From Bryobacterales bacterium (GTDB lineage: Bacteria > Acidobacteriota > Terriglobia > Bryobacterales > UBA6623), in NCBI GenBank assembly GCA_965216545.1, contig OZ244172.1, positions 1,670,763 to 1,734,762 on the forward strand: a DNA stretch of 64,000 nucleotides, written 5' to 3'. This document shows positions 56,157 to 64,000 of this stretch, in pieces. Made by a program: the position numbers and the translations under genes. Every line of letters begins with the position of its first letter. Positions within the stretch are counted from its first letter, which is position 1. Below the pieces are notes generated by a model, which did no database searches, was not told the DNA's origin, and worked only from the letters and a program-made list of their open reading frames with translations.

Positions 56157-56885
56157 ATGCGGGCGAAATGGGCGGTTGCGGGTCTGGGCGGAGCGGCTCT
56201 GGGAGCGGCGGGATTCGCCGCATACGCAGCGGCCTGCCCGCGCGCCAGAGCGTGGGCGCCTGGCTTTCATCGTGGGCCGCGCCAAGGACGCAATCTGGCG
56301 CTGACCTTCGATGACGGGCCGAGCAACGAGACGCCGCGGTTCCTCGACGCACTGAGCGAGCACGGGATGCGGGCCACGTTCTTCGTGTGCGGCGCCAACG
56401 TCGCGCGGCGGCCGGGCCTGGCGCGCCGGATCGTCGCTGAAGGCCATGAGATCGCCAACCACACGCAGAATCACCTCTGCCTGCCGGCGCTGCGGTCGGC
56501 GCGGGTGCGCGAGGAGGTGTGGCGCGCGCAGCGCACGATCGAAAACGCGACCGGCGTCTCGCCGCAATCGTTCCGGCCGCCGTTCGGTCTGCGCGCTCCG
56601 GCGTTGCGGCCGGCGCTCGAGGATCTAGGGCTCTTGGCGGTGCATTGGACCCTCATCGGCAACGACTGGAAGTGGCCGGCGGACCGCATCTACGAAAAGC
56701 TGGTGCGCGGCGTGGAGCCGGGCGGCGTGGTTTGCCTGCACGACGGCCACGAGACGCGACCGACGGCAAACCGAAGCGAAACGCTGAAGGCTCTGCGGGC
56801 GCTCGCGCCGCGCCTGCGCGAGCAGCAGTACCAGTTCGTGACGGCTCGCGAGATGGCTGGAATGCTAAAATTGCGCGCGGCATGA
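56157..56885 (+). CDS. Polysaccharide deacetylase (NodB homology domain) family protein
   Basis: 'LALTFDDGPSNETPRFLDAL...ATFFVCG...GHEIANHTQNH' (TFDDGP and H-x4-H motifs). Confidence 0.85.
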   Translation: MRAKWAVAGLGGAALGAAGFAAYAAACPRARAWAPGFHRGPRQGRNLALTFDDGPSNETPRFLDALSEHGMRATFFVCGANVARRPGLARRIVAEGHEIANHTQNHLCLPALRSARVREEVWRAQRTIENATGVSPQSFRPPFGLRAPALRPALEDLGLLAVHWTLIGNDWKWPADRIYEKLVRGVEPGGVVCLHDGHETRPTANRSETLKALRALAPRLREQQYQFVTAREMAGMLKLRAA

Positions 56886-59665
56886 TGCACCGCATAACCC
56901 TGCTCGTCCTGAGCTTCTCGGCGCTCTCCCCGGCGGCCGAGCTCGCCAGCGTCTATCTGGAGCTTGGCGTCGGCGCCAAACAGGCCGACAGTTGGGACGG
57001 ATCGCTGTCGGTTTCCGGCGGCTCTGTCGAGGGGATCGAAAGCCGTCACTTCGACGGCGCCAGCGAGCTGACCGGCGAGAGCTCGTGGAAGGCAGCGGTG
57101 CGACGCAAGGCGATCGACGGCTTCCCGCGCGTGAACTATAACGAGATGAGCCCGGCGGAGCTGCCGCCAGCGGTGTTTGCCCCGATCGGCGTCTACGCCA
57201 GGATCCAGGCCGAGAGCTCGACGCGGGTGCGGGTCAAGACGGCGCAGGGGAACTTCGAGTTCCGCATCTCCGAGCTCTCGCTCGACGCCAAGCCGTTCCT
57301 CGATGGCCGCGCGCTCGTTTCGCTGGCTTCTCCGGTGCACAAGCTCAGCACAGCGGAGTACGAGGACGACGAGGCGGCGATCGCGACGTTGCCCAATGGC
57401 GATGTCGTCGTGGCTTGGGTTGCCTACCGCGATCGTGGCGACCGCGTGATGATGCGCACGCTCTCGGGCGGGAGTTGGTCTGCGGCGGAGGAAGTCTCGC
57501 CGGCGCCAGGCGACTTTTTCCGGGTCTCGCTGGGCGTCGACGCCGACGGCGGCGTGCTGGTTTTTTGGGCCGTCCGGGACATGACAAAATGGGACATTTT
57601 CAGCCGCCGCAAGGCTGCCGGCGGGTCCTGGTCGGCGGCGCAAAAGGTGAGCGCGGAGGGCTCCAATACGTTCCACCGGGCGGCGAGCTCGGGGCGCGGC
57701 GACGTGCTGGTGGTGTGGCAGAGTTTTCGCGGATCCGACTCCGACATCTGGGGTCGCCGTTGGTTCAACGGCCGCTGGAGCCAGCCGCGTCAAATCAGCG
57801 AATCGCCGGCGAACGACTGGGAGCCTTTCGTCGCCGCGGGCGCGGACGGCTCGGGCGTGATCGTTTGGGATAGCTATGACAAGGGCAACTACGACGTCTT
57901 CGTCCGAGCGTTCCGGCAGAACGGCATGGGCCCGATCCAGCAGCTCACCACCAGCCCGCGCTTCCAGGCGCACGCCACCGCCGCGATCGACCCCGAAGGC
58001 CGCGCCTGGGTCGCTTGGGACGAGTCGGGGGCAAATTGGGGAAAGGATCAGGGCTATCTGATCACGCCGCCGATGGGCGTGCCGCTGCACCAGGAGCGCA
58101 GCATGCGGGTCGCGGTTTGGGACGGCTCGAAGTGGCGCGAGCCCAAGAAAAAGCTCGATCCGTTCTATCCTTATCAGCTCTACCCCAACTTCGAGAATCC
58201 GCAGATCGCCTTCGACGGCGCGGGCGTGTTGAACGTCGTCTTCCGCCACTGGACCAAGCAGCAGGCGCACTCGATCGGCTCGAAGATGATGTGGGAGAAC
58301 TTCGTGACACGCTTCGACGGGGAGCGTTGGACGCGTCCGCGTCCGCTGGCGCACTCGGCCGGCTCGATCGAGAAGCGCCCGGCGCTGGCGCGGGACGGCT
58401 CCGGCGCACTGCACACCGCCTGGATGACCGACGAGCGCCCGTTCGACGAGCTGATTCCGCAGAACGCCGAGATCTACTATGCGAAGCTCGGCTCGGCCGC
58501 GGCGCCGCCGGCCTACGGCGACGAGCAGTTCGCGCCGTTTTCCGAGCCCTTCGCCGAAGAGGTTCCGGTCCACCCGTTCGAGGCCGAAAACGTCAAGGCC
58601 ATTCGGGACCACGTCGTCGAGGCGGGGTCGGAGCGGTACAAGATCTATCGCGGCGACATGCATCGCCACACCGACGTCTCACAGGACTTCAAGTACGACG
58701 GCTCGCTGCTCGAGGTCTACCGCTACGCGCTCGACGCGGCCGGCTTCGACTACATCGTGCCGACCGACCATCAGCTCGGCTACGACCAAGAGTTCACCTG
58801 GTGGCAGGACGAGAAACTGAAGGATCTATTCCACGTTCCCGGCCGGTTCGTGCCGCTGTTCGGCTACGAGCGCAGCGTCAATTTCCCCAACGGCCACCGC
58901 AACGTGATCTTCGCCAAGCGCGGCACGCGGACCCTGCCGGTGGATCCGGTGGAGCGGCGCGGCGACAAGCGCACCGGCCCGGTCCTGTTCCCCTACCTCC
59001 GGCGGAACGACGGCATCTCGATGCCGCACTCCTCCGGCACCGCCCAAGGCACCGACTTCGCCGACAATGACCCCGAGGTTGAGCCCCTGCTCGAGATTTT
59101 CCAAGGCTATCGCGCGAGCTACGAGTACATGGGCGCGCCGCTGGCCGCGAGCCCGCAGCGGCTCCGCGAGCAGCGTTCCGGATTCAACCCGCTGGGCTAC
59201 TACTGGAACGCGCTGGCGAAGGGCTACAAGATGGGCGTGCAGGCCTCTTCGGACCACTGGTCGACGCACATCTCCTACGCCATGATCGTCGCCGAGGAGT
59301 TTACCCGCGAGTCGATGTTCGAAGCGCTCAAGAAACGGCACGCTTACGGCGCGACCGACAATATCATCCTCGACTTCCAAGCCGAGACCGCCGACGGCGA
59401 GCGCTACATCATGGGCGACATCATCGATTCGGATTCCGACCAAGCGCCGACGCTGGTGATCCATGCCGCTGGGACCGACCGCATCAAGCAGCTCATCATC
59501 GTGAAGAACCAGGAGATCATCTACGAGCGCCGGCCCAACGCCGACTCGACCACGATTCGCTACCGCGACGCAGACTTCGAGGCCGGATCGAACTACTACT
59601 ACTACGTGCGCGTGCTGCAGAACAACGGCATGGTGGCGTGGAGCTCGCCGATCTGGGTGGAGTAG
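56882..59665 (+). CDS. Secreted protein: N-terminal beta-propeller-like repeats plus C-terminal PHP-like (HxH) metallohydrolase domain
   Basis: Start at 'MMHRITLLVLSFSALSPAAE' (ATGA overlap with the deacetylase stop). Repeated 'G.v.V.W......D.d....r...G.WS....vS' blades. 'YRGDMHRHTDVSQD...DYIVPTDH' metal-binding blocks. Confidence 0.75.
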   Translation: MMHRITLLVLSFSALSPAAELASVYLELGVGAKQADSWDGSLSVSGGSVEGIESRHFDGASELTGESSWKAAVRRKAIDGFPRVNYNEMSPAELPPAVFAPIGVYARIQAESSTRVRVKTAQGNFEFRISELSLDAKPFLDGRALVSLASPVHKLSTAEYEDDEAAIATLPNGDVVVAWVAYRDRGDRVMMRTLSGGSWSAAEEVSPAPGDFFRVSLGVDADGGVLVFWAVRDMTKWDIFSRRKAAGGSWSAAQKVSAEGSNTFHRAASSGRGDVLVVWQSFRGSDSDIWGRRWFNGRWSQPRQISESPANDWEPFVAAGADGSGVIVWDSYDKGNYDVFVRAFRQNGMGPIQQLTTSPRFQAHATAAIDPEGRAWVAWDESGANWGKDQGYLITPPMGVPLHQERSMRVAVWDGSKWREPKKKLDPFYPYQLYPNFENPQIAFDGAGVLNVVFRHWTKQQAHSIGSKMMWENFVTRFDGERWTRPRPLAHSAGSIEKRPALARDGSGALHTAWMTDERPFDELIPQNAEIYYAKLGSAAAPPAYGDEQFAPFSEPFAEEVPVHPFEAENVKAIRDHVVEAGSERYKIYRGDMHRHTDVSQDFKYDGSLLEVYRYALDAAGFDYIVPTDHQLGYDQEFTWWQDEKLKDLFHVPGRFVPLFGYERSVNFPNGHRNVIFAKRGTRTLPVDPVERRGDKRTGPVLFPYLRRNDGISMPHSSGTAQGTDFADNDPEVEPLLEIFQGYRASYEYMGAPLAASPQRLREQRSGFNPLGYYWNALAKGYKMGVQASSDHWSTHISYAMIVAEEFTRESMFEALKKRHAYGATDNIILDFQAETADGERYIMGDIIDSDSDQAPTLVIHAAGTDRIKQLIIVKNQEIIYERRPNADSTTIRYRDADFEAGSNYYYYVRVLQNNGMVAWSSPIWVE

Positions 59666-59673
59666 GATCAGCC

Positions 59674-60573
59674 ATGTACCGCTATCTGCTCGCGTTCGCT
59701 CTTTCGTTGCTCGTTGGGACGTCTCAGGCGGCTCGCGCCGCGGACGCCGCGGACTTCGCCGCCACGGTCGCCGGCGGCTATCGTGTCGTACCCAACATCG
59801 TCTACGAGACCGCGAACGGATACGAGAACCGGCTCGACCTCTACCTGCCCAGGGGCGACGGCGGCCCGTATCCCACACTGGTCTACACCCACGGCGGCGG
59901 CTGGGTCGGCGGGACGAAGGAGGCGACGGTGCTCCAGATCATCCCCTACCTCGAGAAGGGTTTCGCCATCGTCAACGTGGAGTACCGGCTGGCGCGTCAT
60001 TCGCTCGCGCCAGCGGCTATCGCCGACTGCCGCTGTGCGCTGAGGTGGGTCTATGCCAACGCGGACGAGCACGGGTTCGACACGTCGAAAATCGTGACGA
60101 CCGGAGGTTCCGCCGGCGGCCATCTGTCATTGACCACCGGGACGATGCCCAAGTCAGCCGGGTTCGACTATGAGTGCACGACCGGCAGCCCGGACACCGA
60201 GCTCGACGTCGCGGCGGTGATCAATTGGTACGGCATCACCGACGTCGAGGATCTGCTTTCCGGGCCCAACCAGAAACGCTATGCCGTGCGCTGGCTCGGC
60301 AGCCTGCCGAACCGCGCGGAAGTCGCGCGCCGCGCCTCGCCGATCCGCTACGTACGCAGGGGATTGCCTCCAATCCTGACGATCCACGGCAATGCCGACC
60401 CAACGGTGCCGTATCAGCATGCGGTCGACTACCACCAGGCGCTCGCCAAGCACGGCGTGCCGAACCAACTCGTCACCGTGCCGGGCGGCAAGCACGGCGG
60501 CTTCTCGCCCAGCGAGTACCGCAAGCTCTACAGCGACATCTTCGCGTTCCTCGCCAAGTACGGCGTGCTCTGA
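59674..60573 (+). CDS. Secreted alpha/beta hydrolase (esterase/lipase, HGGG type)
   Basis: Signal MYRYLLAFALSLLVGTSQAARA. Oxyanion 'VYTHGGGWVGG'. Nucleophile 'TGGSAGGHLS'. 'IHGNADPTVPY'. Confidence 0.85.
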   Translation: MYRYLLAFALSLLVGTSQAARAADAADFAATVAGGYRVVPNIVYETANGYENRLDLYLPRGDGGPYPTLVYTHGGGWVGGTKEATVLQIIPYLEKGFAIVNVEYRLARHSLAPAAIADCRCALRWVYANADEHGFDTSKIVTTGGSAGGHLSLTTGTMPKSAGFDYECTTGSPDTELDVAAVINWYGITDVEDLLSGPNQKRYAVRWLGSLPNRAEVARRASPIRYVRRGLPPILTIHGNADPTVPYQHAVDYHQALAKHGVPNQLVTVPGGKHGGFSPSEYRKLYSDIFAFLAKYGVL

Positions 60574-60574
60574 G

Positions 60575-61451
60575 ATGGGCCAGGCGGCGTCCAGCAGCGG
60601 CCCGTGTCTGGTATGCGGCGCCTCATCGAGCGGAGTTGGAGAAAAGTCCGGCTACCCTTTCTACCGCTGTCCCTCATGCGGGCTCCTGTTCGTCTGGCCT
60701 CTGCCGGTCAGACAACCTCGAGATCTACTCCGAGGACTATTTCGCTGGCGCACAACAAGGGTTCGGCTACGTGGACTACGACCAGGACAAGGCGAAGATG
60801 GCGTCGACGTTCGAGTCCTACCTCGATGTACTGACTACTGAGACGGGGGCCGTCGGCGACCTGTTGGACGTGGGCGCCGCGACTGGATTCTTTCTGGATC
60901 TTGCTCAGAACCGAGGTTGGCGGTGCGTGGGCGTGGAGCCTTCAGCCTTTGCCGTACGCGAGGCCGCGAGCAAGGGCCTGAACGTACGAGAAGGGGTCAT
61001 CGAAGAGCTCGACGCACCGGATGGGAGCTTCGACGTCGTGACGATGTGGGACGTAGTCGAGCATGTCCGCGATCCCCGTGCGGCTCTCGGCGCCGCCCAT
61101 CGTCTCCTGCGCCCTGGCGGCGTGCTCGCGATCAACACACCTGACTCGGGCAGTGTTCTGGCGCGCGTGTTGGGACTGCGATGGCACTTGGTCGTACCTC
61201 CAGAGCATCTCGTGCTGTTTCACCAAAAGTCGCTGCGTCTGCTACTCGACGAGCAGCATTTTCGAGTCTCTTCGATGAAGCGGATTGGGAAACGCTTTAC
61301 CGTCCAGTACGTGCTTCAAACCCTGGCCCGGTGGCAAGGCCTGGGGCTGTGGTGGCGCGCGGCCGAGCTTTCCCGCCAAACCCGAGTGGGAGAGCTAGGC
61401 GTTTCGATCAATCTGCGCGACAACGTGTTCGTCCTGGCGCGCCGGCTCTAG
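60575..61451 (+). pseudogene. Class I SAM-dependent methyltransferase with N-terminal zinc ribbon, interrupted by a 1-nt frameshift near 60704-60708
   Basis: Frame of 60575 gives MGQAASSSGPCLVCG...YRCPSCGLLFVWPLP (CxxC...CxxC), then nonsense and a TGA at 60839-60841. The +1 frame from about 60708 gives SDNLEIYSEDYFAG...LLDVGAATGFFL (motif I)...VVTMWDVVEH...RPGGVLAINTP, running to 61451. Confidence 0.7.
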
Positions 61452-61604
61452 CGGCCGCGCTGTCGTCCAAGACACTCGCTGACGCGGGAGCGGTGCGGGC
61501 GCCGCAGCACCGCGGCGGGCGGCCTGGAGCCGCCCGCTCTGGGAGGACTAAGGCAACGAGGGACTCGCCAAGATCGAGAAATTTGGTTAGAGTGTCAACA
61601 GAAC

Positions 61605-61621
61605 TTAACCCAACCTTAACC
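61605..61621 (+). promoter_or_regulatory. Pho-box-like direct repeat TTAACC-N5-TTAACC (11-bp phasing), 10 nt upstream of a TACATT -10 candidate
   Basis: TTAACC at 61605-61610 and 61616-61621. GTCAAC at 61594-61599 in the same phase. TACATT at 61632-61637. Porin GTG at 61659. Confidence 0.4.
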
Positions 61622-61658
61622 TAGAGGCGGTTACATTACAGTTCGTTAGCTTGAGACT

Positions 61659-63005
61659 GTGAGTGGACCCTTGACCGAAGCGAGCCCTCCCCGATCGATC
61701 GGCCTGCTGGCGCTGGCGCTCCTTCTGGTCGGCTCACCGGTGTTGGCCGACGACGCGGATTCAGCGGCGGCTCCAGCCGAGATGGCCGCCGCGCGCGGCG
61801 CCTCGGCGAGCAATGCGCCCGCGGCGATCGGTCCGATCCTGGAGGGCGAAGAGCCGGCCGCAGAAGAGCGTCAGCCCGAGCGGGTCCGCTACTCGCGCAA
61901 GGGGCTCGAGATCGGTTCGGGCGAGAGCGCAGTCCGCGCCCGAATCAACGTGCGCTCGCAGTTGCGTTTCTCGAGCCCGTTCGCCAGCGCTCCGCGCAAG
62001 GAGACCCACTTCGAACGCGACTCCGACCCGGACCTTCGCTTCCGTCGAGCGCGGTTCAAGGCATCGGGCCACATCGGCGTTTCCTGGCTCAAGTACAAGT
62101 ACGAGCACGACCTAATTGACGGCAGGCTGCTCGACGCCCGCTTTACGGTGGCCAAGTGGGAGTGGCTGCAATTCTCGGCCGGCCAGTGGAAGGCGGAGTT
62201 CAGCCGCGAACGAGTCGACTCCTCGGGCAACCAGCAGTTCGCCGAGCGCTCGATCACCAATCGCGCCTTCACGGTCGATCGCCAGAAAGGCGTGATGCTG
62301 CATGGCCGTGTGGGCAAGGGCCAGTGGTGGGACTCGCAGTACTTCTCGGGCCTATTTACCGGCAATGGTCGCGGCTTCTACCACCAGGGCTTTCAAGGCA
62401 CGGACCACGACGACGGCGCCGGTCTGTGGATCAACCGCTACCAATGGAACGCTTCAGGCGGGGGCGTGGGCTTTTCCCAGAGCGACATCGGCCGAACGCA
62501 AACGCCGGCGCTGTCGCTGGCGGTGGCTTCGGCGCGCAATCGCAGCCGCTACACGCGCTTCTCGAGCTCGGGCGGCGGCCAACTCGACGGCTTCGAGGCG
62601 GGAGCGCCGGGGCAGTATTCGATTCATCAGGAGCTGATCGAAGCCGCGTTCAAGTATCGCGGTTTCTCGTCGCAAAACGAGTATCACTGGAAGCGCGTGC
62701 GCGACAACCTCTCGGGCCGGCGAGTCCCGATGCAGGGCATGGTGTTGCAGGCCGGCTACTTCTTCCACGAGCTTTGGCCCGCGATCCCTCGTCAGCTCGA
62801 GCTCGGCGTGCGAAAGGCGTTCGTGGACCCGGACACGCGCCATGTCGCCAATCGCCAGAGAGAGGTCGCGTTCGTCGTCAACTGGTTCTTCGAGAGCCAC
62901 AACAACAAGCTGACGTTCGACACCTCGCGGTACGCGCTCGGCCGCACCGCGGGCGCGGATCTGCACGATACGCAGATCCGCACGCAGTGGGAATTCACCT
63001 TCTGA
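61659..63005 (+). CDS. Phosphate-selective porin O/P (OprO/OprP-like) family outer-membrane protein
   Basis: Signal 'IGLLALALLLVGSPVLA'. Alternating beta-strand pattern. 'RARINVRSQLRFS' and 'FRFRRARFKASGH' blocks resemble Porin_O_P. C-terminal '...QWEFTF'. Confidence 0.7.
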   Translation: MSGPLTEASPPRSIGLLALALLLVGSPVLADDADSAAAPAEMAAARGASASNAPAAIGPILEGEEPAAEERQPERVRYSRKGLEIGSGESAVRARINVRSQLRFSSPFASAPRKETHFERDSDPDLRFRRARFKASGHIGVSWLKYKYEHDLIDGRLLDARFTVAKWEWLQFSAGQWKAEFSRERVDSSGNQQFAERSITNRAFTVDRQKGVMLHGRVGKGQWWDSQYFSGLFTGNGRGFYHQGFQGTDHDDGAGLWINRYQWNASGGGVGFSQSDIGRTQTPALSLAVASARNRSRYTRFSSSGGGQLDGFEAGAPGQYSIHQELIEAAFKYRGFSSQNEYHWKRVRDNLSGRRVPMQGMVLQAGYFFHELWPAIPRQLELGVRKAFVDPDTRHVANRQREVAFVVNWFFESHNNKLTFDTSRYALGRTAGADLHDTQIRTQWEFTF

Positions 63006-63023
63006 CTAGTCCTGTTCACACTC

Positions 63024-63195
63024 TTGGGCGCCAAGGGCGCCCGGCAGGATAGAGCCACGGGTATAACCCGTGGAGCTGGGGAGGCCCCGCTTCTGCGGGC
63101 GCCCTGCAAGGGGCGCAGCTCAGCCGCAGCCAGGCCCTTGTCAGGGCCGATCCGGAGGGGCGCCATTCGATTCCCCGGGCGCGGCGCCCGAGGCT
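63024..63195. repeat. Multi-hairpin GC-rich extragenic repeat, copy B
   Basis: Aligns with the reverse complement of 36907-37082 (see copy A). Homology ends at about 63195, where lower-GC IS-type sequence begins. Confidence 0.7.
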
Positions 63196-64000
63196 TCCAT
63201 GAGGAGGTTCGGTGTTGTCAAGTCGAGGGTCTAGGCTGGGGTTGTTTTCCGTTGAGACGAGATCAGGCTTCCATCCGCACTCGGGTTGCGGCCGAATCGA
63301 TGTGGGCCGCGGTGCTCGTTGTGGTCCGATTGACTCGTTCGTGGCGGCGCTGCTCGCTGTTTTTCGGCCTTGTTTTGGGGCCTGCCACGGGGGCGCAGTC
63401 GCCGCCGGACTCGTCTTCCAAGATCGATACCCTTTCCTCCGATTCCCTCTGTGTCGCCTCCGTCTCTGTTCCTCCTCCTTCTAAGAAATTCTTCTTGCCG
63501 CTCTCGCTTACGCCGCTTGCGCGAGCCCGATCGTCGGGTCGAAGTCCTCGTCGGTGCGCCACAGCGTGTGCAGCAGCACCGCCAGCTTGCGCGCCACCGC
63601 CACCGCCGCGCGCTTCTTGCCGCGCTTGCTCGTCCCGGCCAGCTTCAGCCCCCAACGCTTCAACGCGCAGTCGAGCCCATTCCGGCCCAGAACGTAGTGG
63701 GCGCACTGCACCAAGTAGCGCCGCAACATGCGGTTGCCCGTCTTGGTGATCCCCAGCTCCGGCTTGCTCTCGCCCGATTCCTTGCGGGAGGGACGAAGGC
63801 CGACCACCGCCCCAGCCGCCCGCGAGTTGCTCAATCTCGCCACGTCGCCGTCGAGCTCGAGCACGAACGTCAGCGCTGTCAGCGGCCCCACCCCACGCAC
63901 GCTCAGCAGCCTCTTGGTCTGCTCTCGATAGCGCTCATGAGAGAGTTCGAGCACCTGTTTGTCGTAAACCCTGATCTGGGCGCTCATCTGCTCGATCACT
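63196..64000 (-). mobile_element. IS110-family insertion sequence, 3' portion (continues beyond the window)
   Basis: Contains the C-terminal half of an IS110-type transposase plus a 312-bp compositionally distinct (CT-rich on plus, lower GC) non-coding tail. The left boundary is inferred from loss of homology between the two repeat copies. Confidence 0.6.
63508..64000 (-). CDS. IS110-family transposase, C-terminal part (Transposase_20 domain); N-terminus outside the window
   Basis: 'LLSVRGVGPLTALTFVLELDGDVARLSNSRAAGAVVGLRPSRKESGESKPELGITKTGNRMLRRYLVQCAHYVL...AAVAVARKLAVLLHTLWR' matches the conserved IS110 C-terminal domain. The ORF is open to the window edge. Confidence 0.85.
   Translation of the reverse strand, partial: VIEQMSAQIRVYDKQVLELSHERYREQTKRLLSVRGVGPLTALTFVLELDGDVARLSNSRAAGAVVGLRPSRKESGESKPELGITKTGNRMLRRYLVQCAHYVLGRNGLDCALKRWGLKLAGTSKRGKKRAAVAVARKLAVLLHTLWRTDEDFDPTIGLAQAA

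Noticed and set aside
56519-56881. N-terminal 121-codon extension of the 1048-aa track ORF
   Set aside because: It overlaps the polysaccharide deacetylase gene in another frame and is Arg/Ala-rich. A clean signal peptide (MMHRITLLVLSFSALSPAAE) starts at the ATGA overlap at 56882.
56690-58669. 659-aa minus-strand ORF
   Set aside because: It is antisense to the beta-propeller/PHP-like gene, with Arg/Ala/Pro-rich low-complexity translation. The plus-strand frame has repeated structured blades and metal-binding motifs.
1-64000. Scan of all intergenic regions for tRNA, rRNA, tmRNA, CRISPR arrays and long tandem repeats
   Set aside because: I found no cloverleaf-compatible segments, rRNA-like conserved blocks or regularly spaced direct repeats. 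The intergenic hairpins are explained as terminators or by the repeat family reported above.

Overview
Very GC-rich (by eye about two-thirds G+C), densely coding bacterial chromosomal window. Lineage-typical families suggest Acidobacteriota: two TIGR03437-type 'Solibacter C-terminal' domains, a TIGR03436-type acidobacterial VWFA protein, and a CarboxypepD_reg-type TonB receptor. I support about 52 CDS. I saw no rRNA, tRNA or CRISPR. All family calls come from motif recognition by eye, because no searches could be run. Many long ORFs in the six-frame track are antisense or alternate-frame 'shadow' ORFs typical of high-GC DNA and were rejected. Several track ORFs were trimmed to internal starts supported by signal peptides, SD sequences or ATGA overlaps.

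Content:
- Redox and central metabolism: GMC oxidoreductase plus its small Tat subunit, indolepyruvate:ferredoxin oxidoreductase, Zn-ADH, transketolase.
- A carbohydrate/fucoside utilisation neighbourhood: GH95, TRAP transporter, sugar isomerase, several Gfo/Idh/MocA enzymes, amidohydrolase-2, sulfatase.
- Two ECF sigma/anti-sigma pairs, a heterodimeric ABC exporter, envelope genes (GT2, UppS, polysaccharide deacetylase, porin, TonB receptor), and the 3' part of an IS110-family element at the right edge.

Most interesting is a self-contained cassette at about 29.9-32.6 kb, inserted between sugar-catabolism genes. It holds a HipA-like kinase whose stop codon abuts the start of a DUF3037 protein. 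It also has its own TATAAT promoter flanked by a perfect 9-bp inverted repeat, a divergent and apparently leaderless orphan gene, and an unusually strong intrinsic terminator. I read this as a candidate uncharacterised toxin/conflict-type system.

Other notable points:
- An approximately 175-bp multi-hairpin repeat is present twice in inverted orientation (36.9 kb and 63.0 kb). The second copy directly abuts the IS110-family end.
- The 312-bp non-coding 3' tail of that IS may encode a guide RNA.
- A SAM methyltransferase has its zinc-ribbon N-terminus in a different frame from its catalytic domain (frameshift).
- A Pho-box-like 11-bp-phased direct repeat lies upstream of an OprO/P-type porin.
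- One protein fuses a TIGR03437-type domain to DUF192.
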